NCBI RefSeq assembly: GCF_000150275.1 | Contig: NW_002060960.1 | Coordinates: 758,469 to 822,468, forward strand | Source of the DNA: Trichoplax adhaerens | Taxonomy: Eukaryota; Animalia; Placozoa | Length of the DNA stretch: 64,000 nucleotides | Direction: 5' to 3' | Shown here: piece after piece, positions 26,431-39,042 of the stretch | How the letters are laid out: each line of letters starts with the position of its first letter | How positions within the stretch are numbered: the stretch's first letter is position 1 | The notes under the pieces: model-generated | The model's input: only the letters and a program-made list of their open reading frames with translations | The model's database searches: none | What the model was told of the DNA's origin: nothing | Program-made: the position numbers and the translations under genes

Positions 26431-27127
26431 TAAGTGATGTAAGATATTTTTTATTTTAACTTCACGTCCCTGTATTCTGTTTCTTGCTTAGTCTACATTA
26501 CAATTTTGTTAGATAAAGTACAGTAATCGTTATTTATTATTCTTCCATATCAACAGCGTTAGCAAATCCTCACTTTGGATCCTCAATTTTGCACCTTGCG
26601 AAATTGACTAAACTTTATCGGTCGTAATTATTATTAAACTATAGGAAATTGCTCCTCAAGAATTTAGTTAATTTATTTATAATAAAATAGGAGTAGATAA
26701 TAGAAGAGTTTTATCGTATTCATTTTTCGAATGCAAACCATTTCTCTTTAATTAAGCAACTCTTCTATCTTGTTGAAATTATTTGATCATTGTCATCATT
26801 GATGAATTTATAATCTATTAACGACTAGATTTCGTTAGAATTATTTCATTCTATCTATTGAATTTGTGTATCTGTTTAGCAATTACCAGGATTGATTTGC
26901 CAGCATCACATCAGATTACCGTTATGATATTGGCGTATGGTCCATGTTGTCAATTTTAAGCCATTTAGAGGATCATCGTTGCCAGCTCGATTATTGTAAA
27001 AATTTATAATTGTATCATTTATCTTCTTTTATGATTGTAAATTCACTTAAACTACAACAGCAATATTGAGATTAATTTAGGGGGTATAGTATTATTGTCG
27101 TTATCAATATCAAAAACAAGATTGAAT

Positions 27128-28207
27128 ATGACTCTAAACTGGAGCAACACTGAACTCAAGCTGCAAATTCATTCTAATAATGAAACTACCTTAACAACAG
27201 ATTTACCTACGATATTTTCTATCCCGCCATCAACCATATTGACTGTTAATTGTGTAATGGTAGTGTTGATGTTATTAAGCTTAATATGTAACCTACGTAT
27301 CATCGACGTTTTAATACGTGATCGCCTTCGTCAACGACATTATGATTACTTTATCATTAATATTACTTTATCGAATATTGTCTTGACCTTTGGTAATTTA
27401 ATCTATTTTATCGTTTTATTAGTAACATTTCATCAACATTTTGGCATTACTACTTTGTTTTCATTTTGTAAATTTATCTTAGTAATACAGTTATTGCCTT
27501 ATTCAGTTCATATGATTACATTGAGTTTAATTAGTTTTGCGCAACATCGCCGTTTACGCCATCCATATCGTAATCGAGTTTCGACTCAATTTATTACTTC
27601 TTATACGATACCATTAATATGGATTATTAGCTTAACACTGGCAATGCCTATTTTGCCTCTATCTGATCCTAAAACATCATCATGGTTAAAATATCATCAA
27701 TATTATGGCTTTTATTGCTATATTACTACTTTTATACCGTCGTATCGGCGTATTTACTTCTCAATTTACGTTACTGTAGCCTTTATCCTACCAATTATTA
27801 TGATTATCTATAGTGGTTTAGATGCGTTGTATATCTTCAACAAAACAAGCATTACTATGCCTGTTCACTATCATAATTCTAATCATGAGCTAAATATGTC
27901 CTTACATCGTTGTGATGGCCGTAAGCGTGAATATCTAAAAATATGTAAAAAAATTATTGGACTGCCATTAATCTCTTGTTTAGCAGCTTGCCCACAGGCG
28001 TTTTCATTCTTTTATATGGCCTATACGACCCTACAAGATACTAAATCTCCGACTGACCACCACCAAGTAACCAATCAAGGATTATACTTTTACATCAGCC
28101 AATTTATTATATTATTTAATTGTTACTATCATCCAGTCTATTTCCTTTTGCACGATCAAAAACTACGTCGGCGTCTTTGTTGCCTTTGCTATTATCTTCG
28201 TCAATGA
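27128..28207 (+). CDS. Intronless rhodopsin-class (class A) orphan GPCR, 359 aa
   Basis: Seven hydrophobic segments; N-terminal sequons (NWS, NET); N1.50 (ICN); C3.25 (FCK); W4.50/P (IWIISLTLAMP); P5.50 (FILP); P6.50; P7.50; C-terminal CCLC. First ATG is at 27128 (the ORF track starts at a TTG). Confidence 0.9.
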   Translation: MTLNWSNTELKLQIHSNNETTLTTDLPTIFSIPPSTILTVNCVMVVLMLLSLICNLRIIDVLIRDRLRQRHYDYFIINITLSNIVLTFGNLIYFIVLLVTFHQHFGITTLFSFCKFILVIQLLPYSVHMITLSLISFAQHRRLRHPYRNRVSTQFITSYTIPLIWIISLTLAMPILPLSDPKTSSWLKYHQYYGFYCYITTFIPSYRRIYFSIYVTVAFILPIIMIIYSGLDALYIFNKTSITMPVHYHNSNHELNMSLHRCDGRKREYLKICKKIIGLPLISCLAACPQAFSFFYMAYTTLQDTKSPTDHHQVTNQGLYFYISQFIILFNCYYHPVYFLLHDQKLRRRLCCLCYYLRQ

Positions 28208-30924
28208 TCACGTACAGCTTGATCTAACAAAACAGCTATAGCCATTGATAGAGAGATGATTTAATTGCAACTATAAAAGCTAGTAAGCCTTTTCTAGTTA
28301 ATTAAACTAATTTTTCCTCCATCTATTTTTCCGACATCATACTCCTATCAGATTAATATCTATAATTTAAAAGGAAGAAAACAATGATAATTTATACTTT
28401 GGCTCAATAGTGATGTAAAGATGTTGCTGCTCAGACTTTCTTTCTTACAAACAGAACAGTAAAACTACGTGATTTAGCTATAATACAATGTTTTATTTTT
28501 TGGTTATTAAGGCAAGTTTCATTTCTAATAATTAGTTTGCTTTGTCTTTGTTAGTTGGAGGGAAAAATACGTTCAACATTAATTTCTAAAGTATTTTTCT
28601 TGACATCTGACAGTATTAGTAAGGTTGATGTATAGCATACTAGCCGTACTCAGTAGTTAATTTATCTTTTAATCGGACTATTAGGCCACAAGTAAGCTAA
28701 TTAAGAGCTTTTCATCGCGAAAATTCTGTGATATTCTTGTTTATAATTATGAATCATCCTCTATATGATCACAACTAGCGGTGAATTAACCTTTGTAAAT
28801 ACTCATATCCTTATGGTAGAATAGAATGTTTTACTTTCAAGATACAGTATATCTGATAATATTATTCCGCAACAGTGATAATGTACGTCTCTGGTTGTCC
28901 AGAAGTCGATTAATTTCAAATCATTGATTTCTTGTTTCAGTTAATTGCTGCATATGTCATGATACACGGTAGCAGTGGAAGGCTATCTAGTTACAATATT
29001 TATCTTGTTCAATTGAAATACTGTATATAAAGATGTATAGATATATCAAGGATAAAAACAATAACGAACTCCTTGCTACTGTTATTGATACCAATAGTAA
29101 TAAATTTAATACGAGATTTTTATAGAATTATAGATCATTGCTTAATAAGGCTATTTATAGATTTGACGAGGACAAGATTTAGGCAGCTTTGATAATCTGT
29201 CTAAAGAAGACTAATTAAGCTGGTGGTAGTAGCATAGTCGAGATCTACCGTACTGTTCTAGTCGTTGCCGTATTCTTTCGTTTATATGAGTATTTTTAGG
29301 GAATTAATAGCATAGGAATATTTCAATCAGGGCCTGAGAAATATTCCTTTACCGCTCTTCTGTTAATATACGAGTATAATAGGCGCATTTAAATTTCAAT
29401 GCAGTAGAAATTTTCATTGATGCTAAGTGTGAACGTTAACAGATGTTAGAGAACACAAGTATGCAATATCAGAAAAACATTTTCAGGCCATATAACTTTA
29501 TAGTACATAACCTTATAACTTCAATCGATAATGACAGGTTACTGTATGTAATAATACGTTAATTAAGCGTGTGGTCTGTAACCAAGCTACCAAGTACATT
29601 TTCTAGCTTACAGTAGAGCTCTTAGCGTTAACATTGTTATTAATATTATATTACGAGTAAGTATTACCCACTATCAAACTCGTATATTGCAATCAATTCC
29701 ATTTCTATTGAAAGCCGTTATAATCTCGTATTTTGACAGTTAGTAACGATAGTACTGGATGTATTAAGTGTTTGATATATCAGCCATTAGCATGGAGTTA
29801 TATTTAATTAATCAGTCATAAATCACGCGATTGTCTTGCATTACTCAGTGCTCCTTTTACATGAAAGCTTTTACTGCCTTTATAATTTTGCATGTCAAGC
29901 ACATTGAACGGAGTGGATCACAGCAAAGGTTGTCCAAGAATTGATAAGCAGTTAGATATGACTATTGAGTGTAGTGTCCAAGCGTTATTCCTTTAAATGT
30001 ATATTGTATAACTTACAGCTCTGACTTACACTGTCTTTATAGCAGCGCTACAATCTCAAATTAACAGCAATTTAAGTAGACTTAAATTAAGGTACAAGCA
30101 CAGTATTTAAACAACGGCATTCTCATAATTTACCTTGGATCACTTGTAAAGTGTTCGGACATTGAATAGATAATGACAGTTATTGGAAGTGCGCAGGCAA
30201 TAGATCATGTATTACAGCAGAAATTTATTTAAAGTAATATCGCTGTTAATCAAATTAAAAATCAGCTGAATCCATATTTCGAATTGAAGATGCTGAATAC
30301 CAAAAAAAGGAATAAAAAAGGGTGCAAATATATCGAAATTATACTTGTAATGCTATAACAGATTTTTTACGAATAGAATGCTAGTAGTACTGTTACTGTC
30401 TACTGGTATATTCTACTTGATGAGGTAAGTTAACACATTAGACACACATTAATATGACCAATGGTCCAATGTTGTATGCATATAAAATAGAATTCTGGCA
30501 GTTACTGCTTTTAGAAATAGGTGAGAACATGTTTCAACTCTGAATCGTATAATAATTAATGTACTGCTAATGATTGGGATGCTGTAAACATTCAAGTTAT
30601 CATTACTAAGAACTAAAGCTGAGAGATCATCACTTCGATGTTTAAAAGCAGGTAAATGATATTTACAATTCATTCATCTACTTTGAAACTCCGTTACTGA
30701 CGCGAGCATCAGTCTGAAATAAACGTTATGTTTACTATTAAACAGAAAAAAATGACACAAAAACGTAGAAATTGCTAAACCATATTAAAGTAAAAGTCGC
30801 ACTAATTATAATAAATACAGTAACTGAGATGACTCCAACAGTCAAATTGGATATATATCTACAAAGGGTGAATACAGTATGAAGAAGGTAATACTTGATC
30901 AGGATATGCTATGCTATCAGTCTA

Positions 30925-32871
30925 TTACACAGGTCTCATTCTAGCTGCTTGCTCTCTCACACGCTGTTCGTATAATACTCGGTTCTCCCTATGAAAAGAT
31001 GCAAATGTCATGATAATCGTAGGGTATCGTACATAGTATGCAGTAATATCAACCAAAATTAGCTGTATTCTACTTCAAAATTGAACAAGACTAAATTGTA
31101 TATAAGTCCGGTATCAAGTAAGTGTCTTTCTATCACTAAACTATTTTCGATTTACTAACTTATAGGCTGTATAAGCTTCTACTTGTGCTGGATCATTTAT
31201 GTTCGGTTCGTTGAGTAAGTCTTGAATTCCAAGTAAGATCTTAAAGCAGTAAAATAGAACAAAACATGATATGCAATAGGGATATAAGAATGTAATTGTA
31301 AGAATGATTGCATTAAATTAAAGCATATTTGGGTTGTGTTGCATGACTCATTCTGGAAAATTGAATAACAAGTTACAGTAAAGGTATGAAAAGGGTAAAT
31401 GACACAAATTAAAGACTATTTGGTTAGGATTGGCTCTTATAATGGCTATTAGATACATCTTACTTGTTTGATTGTAACCGACGGACGCCAGTCCTTGTCT
31501 TCATCTAATAAAGATAGGCAGACTGTACCAGAAGGATACACATTTGGATGAAATAAAGCCGGATCAAATTTACCTATACGTTTTAATTGCAAGAATCAGT
31601 AGCGATCTTTATGGCTCGAATCTAACTGCTATACTGTAGATGGATTGTAATGGTGACATTTTTTTTGAATAGACTTACATTTAGGTGGAGAAGATGGATA
31701 ATCTTCTTTGAATATCATTTTTAATTTGTAGTAACCTCCGTCCCAAGCAGTCTATCAATAGATTTAATGGTAACGTTTTAGATATTGCGTGACAGGTTAA
31801 AGCACTAGAGTATACAAATTAGTCATCAAAGAAGATTTATTTGGATGAATCTACTATAGGTGAGGCAACTTACCCCTTTCTTGCCAGGAATAACTGTGGG
31901 ATTGATTCAAAGAGGCATTCATTATATATGGAAGAAAATTAGTAAGAAATATACATTACAAGTTGATGTCATGACGATTATGCTAACAGGGTGTATGACA
32001 TAGACATTCAGTTGACATTGCTTGGATTGCTACGGCCACCTCATTATGTCAATTGGTGGCATTCTACCGAGGTATTTGATAATTGAGTGCAATATTCAAT
32101 TACTTGCGACAGACTCGCAATAACATAAGCAGCCTTGCAGGCTTGAGCTATTTCTTACCGCATTCCCAATTCATTAAATCCAAGGCACCATCAGGACCCT
32201 TCATGGGTCGAGCAACAAATCCCTAAGATATGATAAAAGAAGTGTAGGCATTACTTTCTATCCCTGGTATCCTATCGTTGTTTATTCATACGATCATTTG
32301 CATGTAACAAAGCAGATTTGATCTACCATTTAACTAGCTGGTTATTGCCATCATGATTATCTAGACCTAGTGTGTATCGTCCTATGATGGCGTTGATGAT
32401 TGTAATTCATCAGCAGCAATTAGGTATACAGTACTGTATTGATGTCGGTGGTCCATGCTATCGTATCCCCACATAAAGAGAAGCTGCTATTACTACATTG
32501 AGTCAATTTCTAAAGCATATCAAGACAAGAGTCTATTGGAGGATGATAGACTATCGGTCTATGCGGGTCGATTTATATCTGCTTGTCTACTACGAGTAGT
32601 CTAGGAATTAGTCGATCATAGATCTACTCGTCCGAAAGTACCAAATTAAGAGCTGCTAGCCGATGTCAAGACTACACCATTCAATATGAATTGTAGCCGA
32701 TTCACTACAAGTACGATGGTAGTTCTGCACTCAAATGTAGAATACTGTCATTTCATCATGATAACAACAAAACGAGAAGGAATATTTATCCTTTCCATCA
32801 CTTACAAATGGATGATCTTTACGCCATAATTTACGCTCTGTACTTAGTCTTCCAGTCGCAATACCAGACAT
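30925..32871 (-). CDS. UBE2I: SUMO-conjugating enzyme UBC9, 158 aa, 7 coding exons
   Basis: Exons 32871-32806, 32222-32159, 31893-31874, 31751-31679, 31573-31464, 31239-31160, 30988-30925 give [124 protein letters not shown]... with the catalytic Cys intact. A 5'UTR intron is likely at 33044-32881. Confidence 0.97.
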
Positions 32872-33129
32872 GTTGGAGCGCTAAAGCAAGAGGATAATGA
32901 CGTCAATCAGTGCTAAAATAATGGACAATTGCAAGAGAACAACCAGAATAACTGGATAATACTGTTGATATCTTCTAATAGCTCTAATAAAGCATCCTTG
33001 GCGATAGTCTACTACAATCGAGCACCTAGAAGTGCAGAATTTACCTCTTTTGCCTAAGTTGAAAAAGTGGCATCGAAAAAAAAAGCTGGCAGATTGATGT
33101 GGTCCTAAACGGGTCCCAATAAGTTGCCC

Positions 33130-34785
33130 GCTGAGTACAGTGTACAGTGTACAGTACAGAACGCCTTACAGTATGTACTGTACTGTATCACAGGTCCCGT
33201 GACCAGAACGATGATCACATGACTCAGTGTACAGTACTGAACACCTCTTGTTACGGTACTATGCACTGTACACTGTACTGTACACTGTACTGAGTAACAG
33301 TAGTCTATTTTTGCTCATATTGAAAGCTATAGAAAGCGCTAACGCCATTACCGAGATGAGCCTTGACTATTGCACACTATTCACACGTTGATCTTATACT
33401 TGATGTTGAGGCATCGTCCATAGGCAGATCAATCCATGGACCACTCAATCCCTATTTTTCATGATACTGCCCACACCAGGCAGAGCAGAGACGGCCAATA
33501 GGCCACCCTTCCACTGTAAACTACTTTATTTCATATTTCGCCCTACGAAACGCGATATAATATCACTTTTCAATCTACAAATTGCCCATCGCTGGCCAAC
33601 ACTCTACCGTTTTAATATGCCGTTGGAGGAAGTTGACGGTGTACAGTACACAGTCGAGCACAGTACTGTACAGTACTTACTTTGTACTGTACAACTGGAC
33701 AATCACTCTTGGATGGACAGACATTTCCGACCTCATTGCGCCAAAATAGCATGTCAAACACTGGATTATGAAAGTACTTTAGTATGCAGATGGTCGATTT
33801 TGAATGGACTGATTTTTTCCAAAATTAAGCAATATTACGCTCAATGTGATGATCTGTTTGTTTTACGGATTTACTAGCGTCTCTGTAGTTAGCTAATTAT
33901 AGGATTGCTTGGACTGTTGAATTGCAAGCTTAGCAGAGCTTAACAGCACTAGTTCTGTTCCGTCCTAGATCAGTATAGGTACTGTTTTGTACTGTACATA
34001 AAGGTGGTGAGAAAACAGAAGAAAGGTAGATCTTCACGTGTAAGCAAAGCTGCCGGGATCTCGCTTCGGTAGACTGAGAGCATACATAAAAACAGTCGCT
34101 ATCGTTACCGCTAACACTGTGACTAAGTTCTACTTGGAGACAATTATATGAGATTGTCGACGCTATTAGAATTAGTGCCAGTGATTTAGTAAAGAGACGC
34201 GGAAGATCCATGCTAGGTAGCCATTTGAGCGATATTGATGGCCTCCTTGGTTAAGAAAAGTCCGTCTACCTGTCCAAGTCGCTACAGTATCTACTGTACA
34301 GTCCACTAAAATGTACAATACTGTACACTGTAGAGTCATGGACTATTCAATAAGTCGTCTAATTTAGCAGCATTATTTTCGTCTCAGATATTTTAGTAAA
34401 GGTATAAATGAAATTTATTGCTAGATATTGGTATAAGCTAGAGTATTCGCACATTCATTTTAGTGACATTTTTTTTCCAGTTCAAGTCAGTCTCTAGTCG
34501 AAATTAGAAGACGCTGTACACTACACTACAGAGTACGGACTGTACGGTAGAGTACTGTCGCCAAGTGGAACATGAATTGGTGTTTCGTATGAGTAACCGT
34601 GAGTGGAATGGAACCGTATAAAACCCATGGATCATATGTCATCCATGGGTCACACAGTCAAGGCTCCCTCTCATCCCAGAGCACCGACTGGATCTTCTTT
34701 TGGTACTGTAGTCCTTGGTACAGTGTACAGTACAGAGTACTGTAAAATGGCACTGTAGAGAGTTGGCTAAGTACTGTAAAATAGT
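33130..34785. promoter_or_regulatory. Divergent UBC9/RINT1 promoter region with several TGTACA/AGTACT arrays
   Basis: Head-to-head genes with ATGs at 32871 (-) and 34937 (+). Motif clusters at 33131-33300, 33638-33692, 34283-34333, 34514-34558 and 34703-34778; E-box-like TCACATGA at ~33215. Confidence 0.6.
33930..34211 (-). CDS. Candidate small secreted protein (93 aa unspliced, 54 aa if the 117-nt intron is removed)
   Basis: The ORF starts with a signal-peptide-like MDLPRLFTKSLALILIASTISYNC. It has an in-frame, phase-matched intron candidate G|gtaacg (34108) to a polypyrimidine tract plus cag (33992). A TACAG array lies directly upstream. Confidence 0.25.
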   Translation of the reverse strand: MDLPRLFTKSLALILIASTISYNCLQVELSHSVSGNDSDCFYVCSQSTEARSRQLCLHVKIYLSSVFSPPLCTVQNSTYTDLGRNRTSAVKLC

Positions 34786-34936
34786 TGGCCATGGATTGGA
34801 AATAGAGGTAGCCCCTTTTTGGGGTTTTACTACATGACCAGTATAGCTTCAATGAAGCGTTTGAAGCACTAGAGTGCAATACTTGGCTGGGTGTACTCCT
34901 CGGCCATAGCTCCTGGTTGACAGCTGCACCGTTGCC

Positions 34937-37900
34937 ATGAAAGCCTGGGACATGGAGGAGAATATTGCCAATCAATTCTTGGATCAACTCTTTTCCGATC
35001 ATTTGCAGCAGTTTTTGAATGGTATCGATGCAACACTAAAGGAAAAGAAACTTGAATTAGATGCTCTAAATACAAAGGTATCTTGATGTATTGGCTAGAC
35101 ATGAGCTATTGACAAATCATACTAGACTAGATGAAGGTGGAAGCCGAGAGTCAAAGCTTTGCCAGTTGCACATAGGAAGGCAAGCTAGCGACGTGTAGAT
35201 CCGTCAAAATGTGCCAACTTACTAAGCGATCGAGGCAAAGAAAAGTGCCTCCAGAGATAGAGTATTTCTATTGATTAGCGAAGCGTAATGGACCAATGGA
35301 AGCAGAAAGGAGTAGTAGATCATGGGTGCAAGCTTTGATCCTCTTCTCCATCTTTGATTGAAGTTACAGTAATCGATGATAGAACAAGGCCCATCGTCGA
35401 TGGAATAGCGTAGATACCAATAAATTGGCGTAAGGTTTTATAATCTTTTCCATTTTGTCTTTTATCAATGATAGAACAATGCCATGATCGATGGCAGCGA
35501 TGAAAATTTAGTCCATGCTATGCAAGCCTGTGATAACGCAATCATGCAAGGTCATGATGCTCGAGATGATTATCAACAATTGTTACGTAATTGGCACCAA
35601 TTACAACAACATCATCAACATCATCTACAACAAATTGAAAACTTAATGAAACAAGAAGAAACTGCCAAGCTTAAAGCATGCTATCTTACCTGGATACAAC
35701 GTGTAGAAGGTATAAGGTGAGTGGATGGACGATAGCAATCGCGTTACGGTGTAATAGCTTGACAGTAAAATCTCCTTGTCATACTCGAATACATACTTAT
35801 TGATGCCATCTAGTAAGCAAATGATCAATGGCCTTCAAGTAGCGTCGTTACCTGATGTTCTAGATGCCTTTACGTCGTTGTTGACCATCAATCAACAATT
35901 ACAATCAACTTCATGCCAACATTTACTAAAATATGTTCATCAAACAATTTCCTACTGGCATAAAATATTAAGAAAGATTCTGCAAAGGTAACCAATTGCT
36001 GTTGATCGGTAACAGTATCTGTTATAATACTTAATCCATACCTTATTATAGACTCTTGCAATCAAATAATTGCCAATAAAGACATCAGTCAGGATTTTAT
36101 CAAATACGAGAGCGTATTGATGCTGACATTGATCATGCTCTTTCAATGGATTCATTTTCAATTATAGAGAGTTTGATGATGTATTAACAAAGATTCAGTG
36201 GCCCTTTCTTTCCGTTCAAATGACTTCACCTTCGCTTGATAATCAGATCGATTGCAAGCAACAATTGGAAAAGTTATTCTCCTATTTGCTAAGACTTCAG
36301 TTACCGTATCTATTCCTATTATTAATTATCCTCTATTTTAGTTGTAATCATAAGTTGATATAGATGTCCACTTGTACCAATAATTAATTATTTCGTAATG
36401 GAATAGAATCCTAGCGATAAGCGTATTAAAGTATTCTTCACTCTTTCATGTTATACTAAAAAGAGTAGCGGCTATAATCCAATTTTTTGACAGATAGTGT
36501 TCCCTTCGCTTGACATATTACAATCCTTAACAATATTTCCATGCAGTGAGGCGATGAGTGAAAATCAGTCCTCCTCATCTTTACAACCTTACAAACCGTT
36601 ACTTGCCCCAATAGATTTACTTGTTAGGCCACTAAGGAAAAGATTTCGATTCCATTTCTATGGTAAAAAGCAAACGAACAGCATTGAAAAGGTAATAAAT
36701 AGCCTTGTTTCTGCTGAATGGATTATACTGCTACAACATTATACTGATTGATTCATGCATTGCGATATTTTTTACAGCCTGAATGGTATTTTACTCAAGT
36801 TTCGAATTGGATTCGCGATCATTCGCAATATTTACAATACACTATTCAGCCCATTTTGAATCAAAATAATTTCGAAAATGTGGATGCTCGGGTATGTATT
36901 ATATGGATATCGAAAAGTTGATTCTATCCAATTTTAATAACTATTATCTCCTTTTTTAGATCGAATTTATTCGAGGTCTAGTAGTCGTACTAGTCGAAAA
37001 AGTAACATCGGATATCCCTTTACTGTTATCGGATGACTACTGCTTCTCTCATATTATCGACGAACTATTGCTTTTTGAAAATGAACTACACAATAAATAT
37101 TATTATCCTATTGAATTGCCTTCTTGCATCGCCGCTTTAGAAGATGATTCTGTCATCGATAAATGGATTTCATTAGAATGGAAAAGTAATAACATAAAGT
37201 ATTATGTCTTCTTTATCACCATCATCATTAATAAATAAATACCGTAAGATTCTAACTTTTTGGCACGATTATTTTTCATTCGAGATGGGAAGGAGAAAAT
37301 CAATGAAATTATCTCTTCAGCAACGGCTTGGAGACCAAAATATAAAGATGTCGCTCAGGATTGTGATACCTCTCTAAAATTTCCTGAAGCAACAGAAAAT
37401 ATCTTAACTATGCTAATTTTAATGAAAGGTAAGCGTGATATTCTTATCGCAAGATTTGGCTGTAAATATTGTATTAAAGTTTTAGTAGAAACTGCCGGTT
37501 AGGTTAGCAGTACTAAGTGTCACGTATTCTTACCCTCGATTCATAGAACGATATAGCAAATTGTCTAGCACGTCTTATATGATGCAATTCGTTCGGATGC
37601 AACTAAGCCTTCTTGACGAATTATATGCCAGATTTGTTGAATTAACCAAAAATGGCCCAAAACAATTACTAGATCAGGACTACAGTTACATTTTAAATGG
37701 AGTCAATCATTTAATTGGAGTGTTAAAAAAATGGAGTGATCAATGGGTATAACGTATTCCATGTAAAATAATTTCTTTTAATTTATAAAAGCATCCTCTG
37801 CTACTCTTTTACTTCTATTGATGATAGACTATTTATCTTCAGTTTTTCCTGGATTTATACGCGAAAGAGGTGAAGCTCAGGAAAGGTGATGTGAAGTCGT

Positions 37901-39042
37901 TAGAAGATGACAGTAATGAATCAGAAGTGCTGAAAGAAAATAATGATGCGGTTGAGGGTACAATATTCGATGGAATTATTGGACTTTATAATATTTTACT
38001 TGACGAAATGTTGAATAAGTTGGGCTTAGTTGTCATGCAAATCATAAAAAAGAACGCTAAACCTTACTGTAAACAAAAGTAATGCTGTCTATACTTTGTT
38101 TAATAATTTAAAAAATTGAGCAATGTAAAGACCATGTATGCTGTACGTAATATTATTCTGCTCATTTCTGTTCACAGATGGTTATCTATGCAGTCCATTC
38201 GTGGGTCAACTTTACAGTTGTCACCTTCCGCTTGTGATATGTTGGTTAGCGTGAGGGAATCACTGCAATATTATCAAACCTTCCTCGATAGTTCTATCTT
38301 TTTAAAGTTTTGGCAACGATTAGCGCAGGAAATAAATGAACATCTCTATCAGGAGGTAAGAATTTTAAAATTGAAACAATTACATATGCATAGCTGTTGG
38401 TTGTTGAGATATCTATTGAAGTGCTAGCAATCGATTACTAAAGCTATAGTCGGCTTATGGAGGGTTGAATATTTGCTAAAAGTAACGATTGCTTCGTCTT
38501 ATTAATTTTGATGCAAAAGTTGGTTGTAAGTAATCTTTTTAATGAAAATGGTGCCAAACAACTTGAGTACGATGTCAATAAAAATCTATTCATTCTCTTT
38601 CGGGAATACACTCATCGGCCAGATAATTTTTTTAAAGAGTAAGTTCAATTATTTAAATACATTTGATACAAAACATAATTGTAATAGTCTACCCCTTTTA
38701 CTAACAGTAAACAATCTTCATTATCACTTATAACTAATTTATGGCACTAGTACAAGATAGCCTTCGTTTATAATTTGAAGAGGAATCTAATTTTATGTCA
38801 TTATACTCTGTTATTTTAGGCTTAAGGAAGCTTGTGTGTTGTTAAATTTAAATAGTGGATCGGTAATGCTGTTACAAGAAATTCTACAATCAGCCACGAT
38901 GGATTTGGATGATAACGATATTTCTGCTAGCAAAGCTAGAGCTTCCGCTGTTGCTGCTCTAAATGAAATTGGTATTCATCGCATGGAACTGCTAACTGCA
39001 TTACAAATTATTCAACTTCGTATTGATTGGCCCAAGTTATAG
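34937..39042 (+). CDS. RINT1: RAD50-interacting protein 1 / Tip20 (NRZ/Dsl1 tethering complex subunit), ~759 aa, 13 exons
   Basis: Phase-consistent exons 34937-35077, 35475-35716, 35814-35987, 36168-36305, 36547-36691, 36778-36891, 36960-37185, 37285-37428, 37547-37746, 37843-38078, 38178-38355, 38520-38638, 38820-39042. Signature motifs: IQWPF, [60 protein letters not shown]. The start could alternatively be ATG 34952. Confidence 0.95.

Noticed and set aside
33461-33877. 138-aa + strand ORF between UBC9 and RINT1
   Set aside because: It crosses a GTAC array, has no recognisable motif, and lies in a GC-richer promoter zone where chance ORFs are longer.
34658-35102. - strand ORFs of 114 and 77 aa
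   Set aside because: Antisense shadows of RINT1 exon 1 and its promoter.
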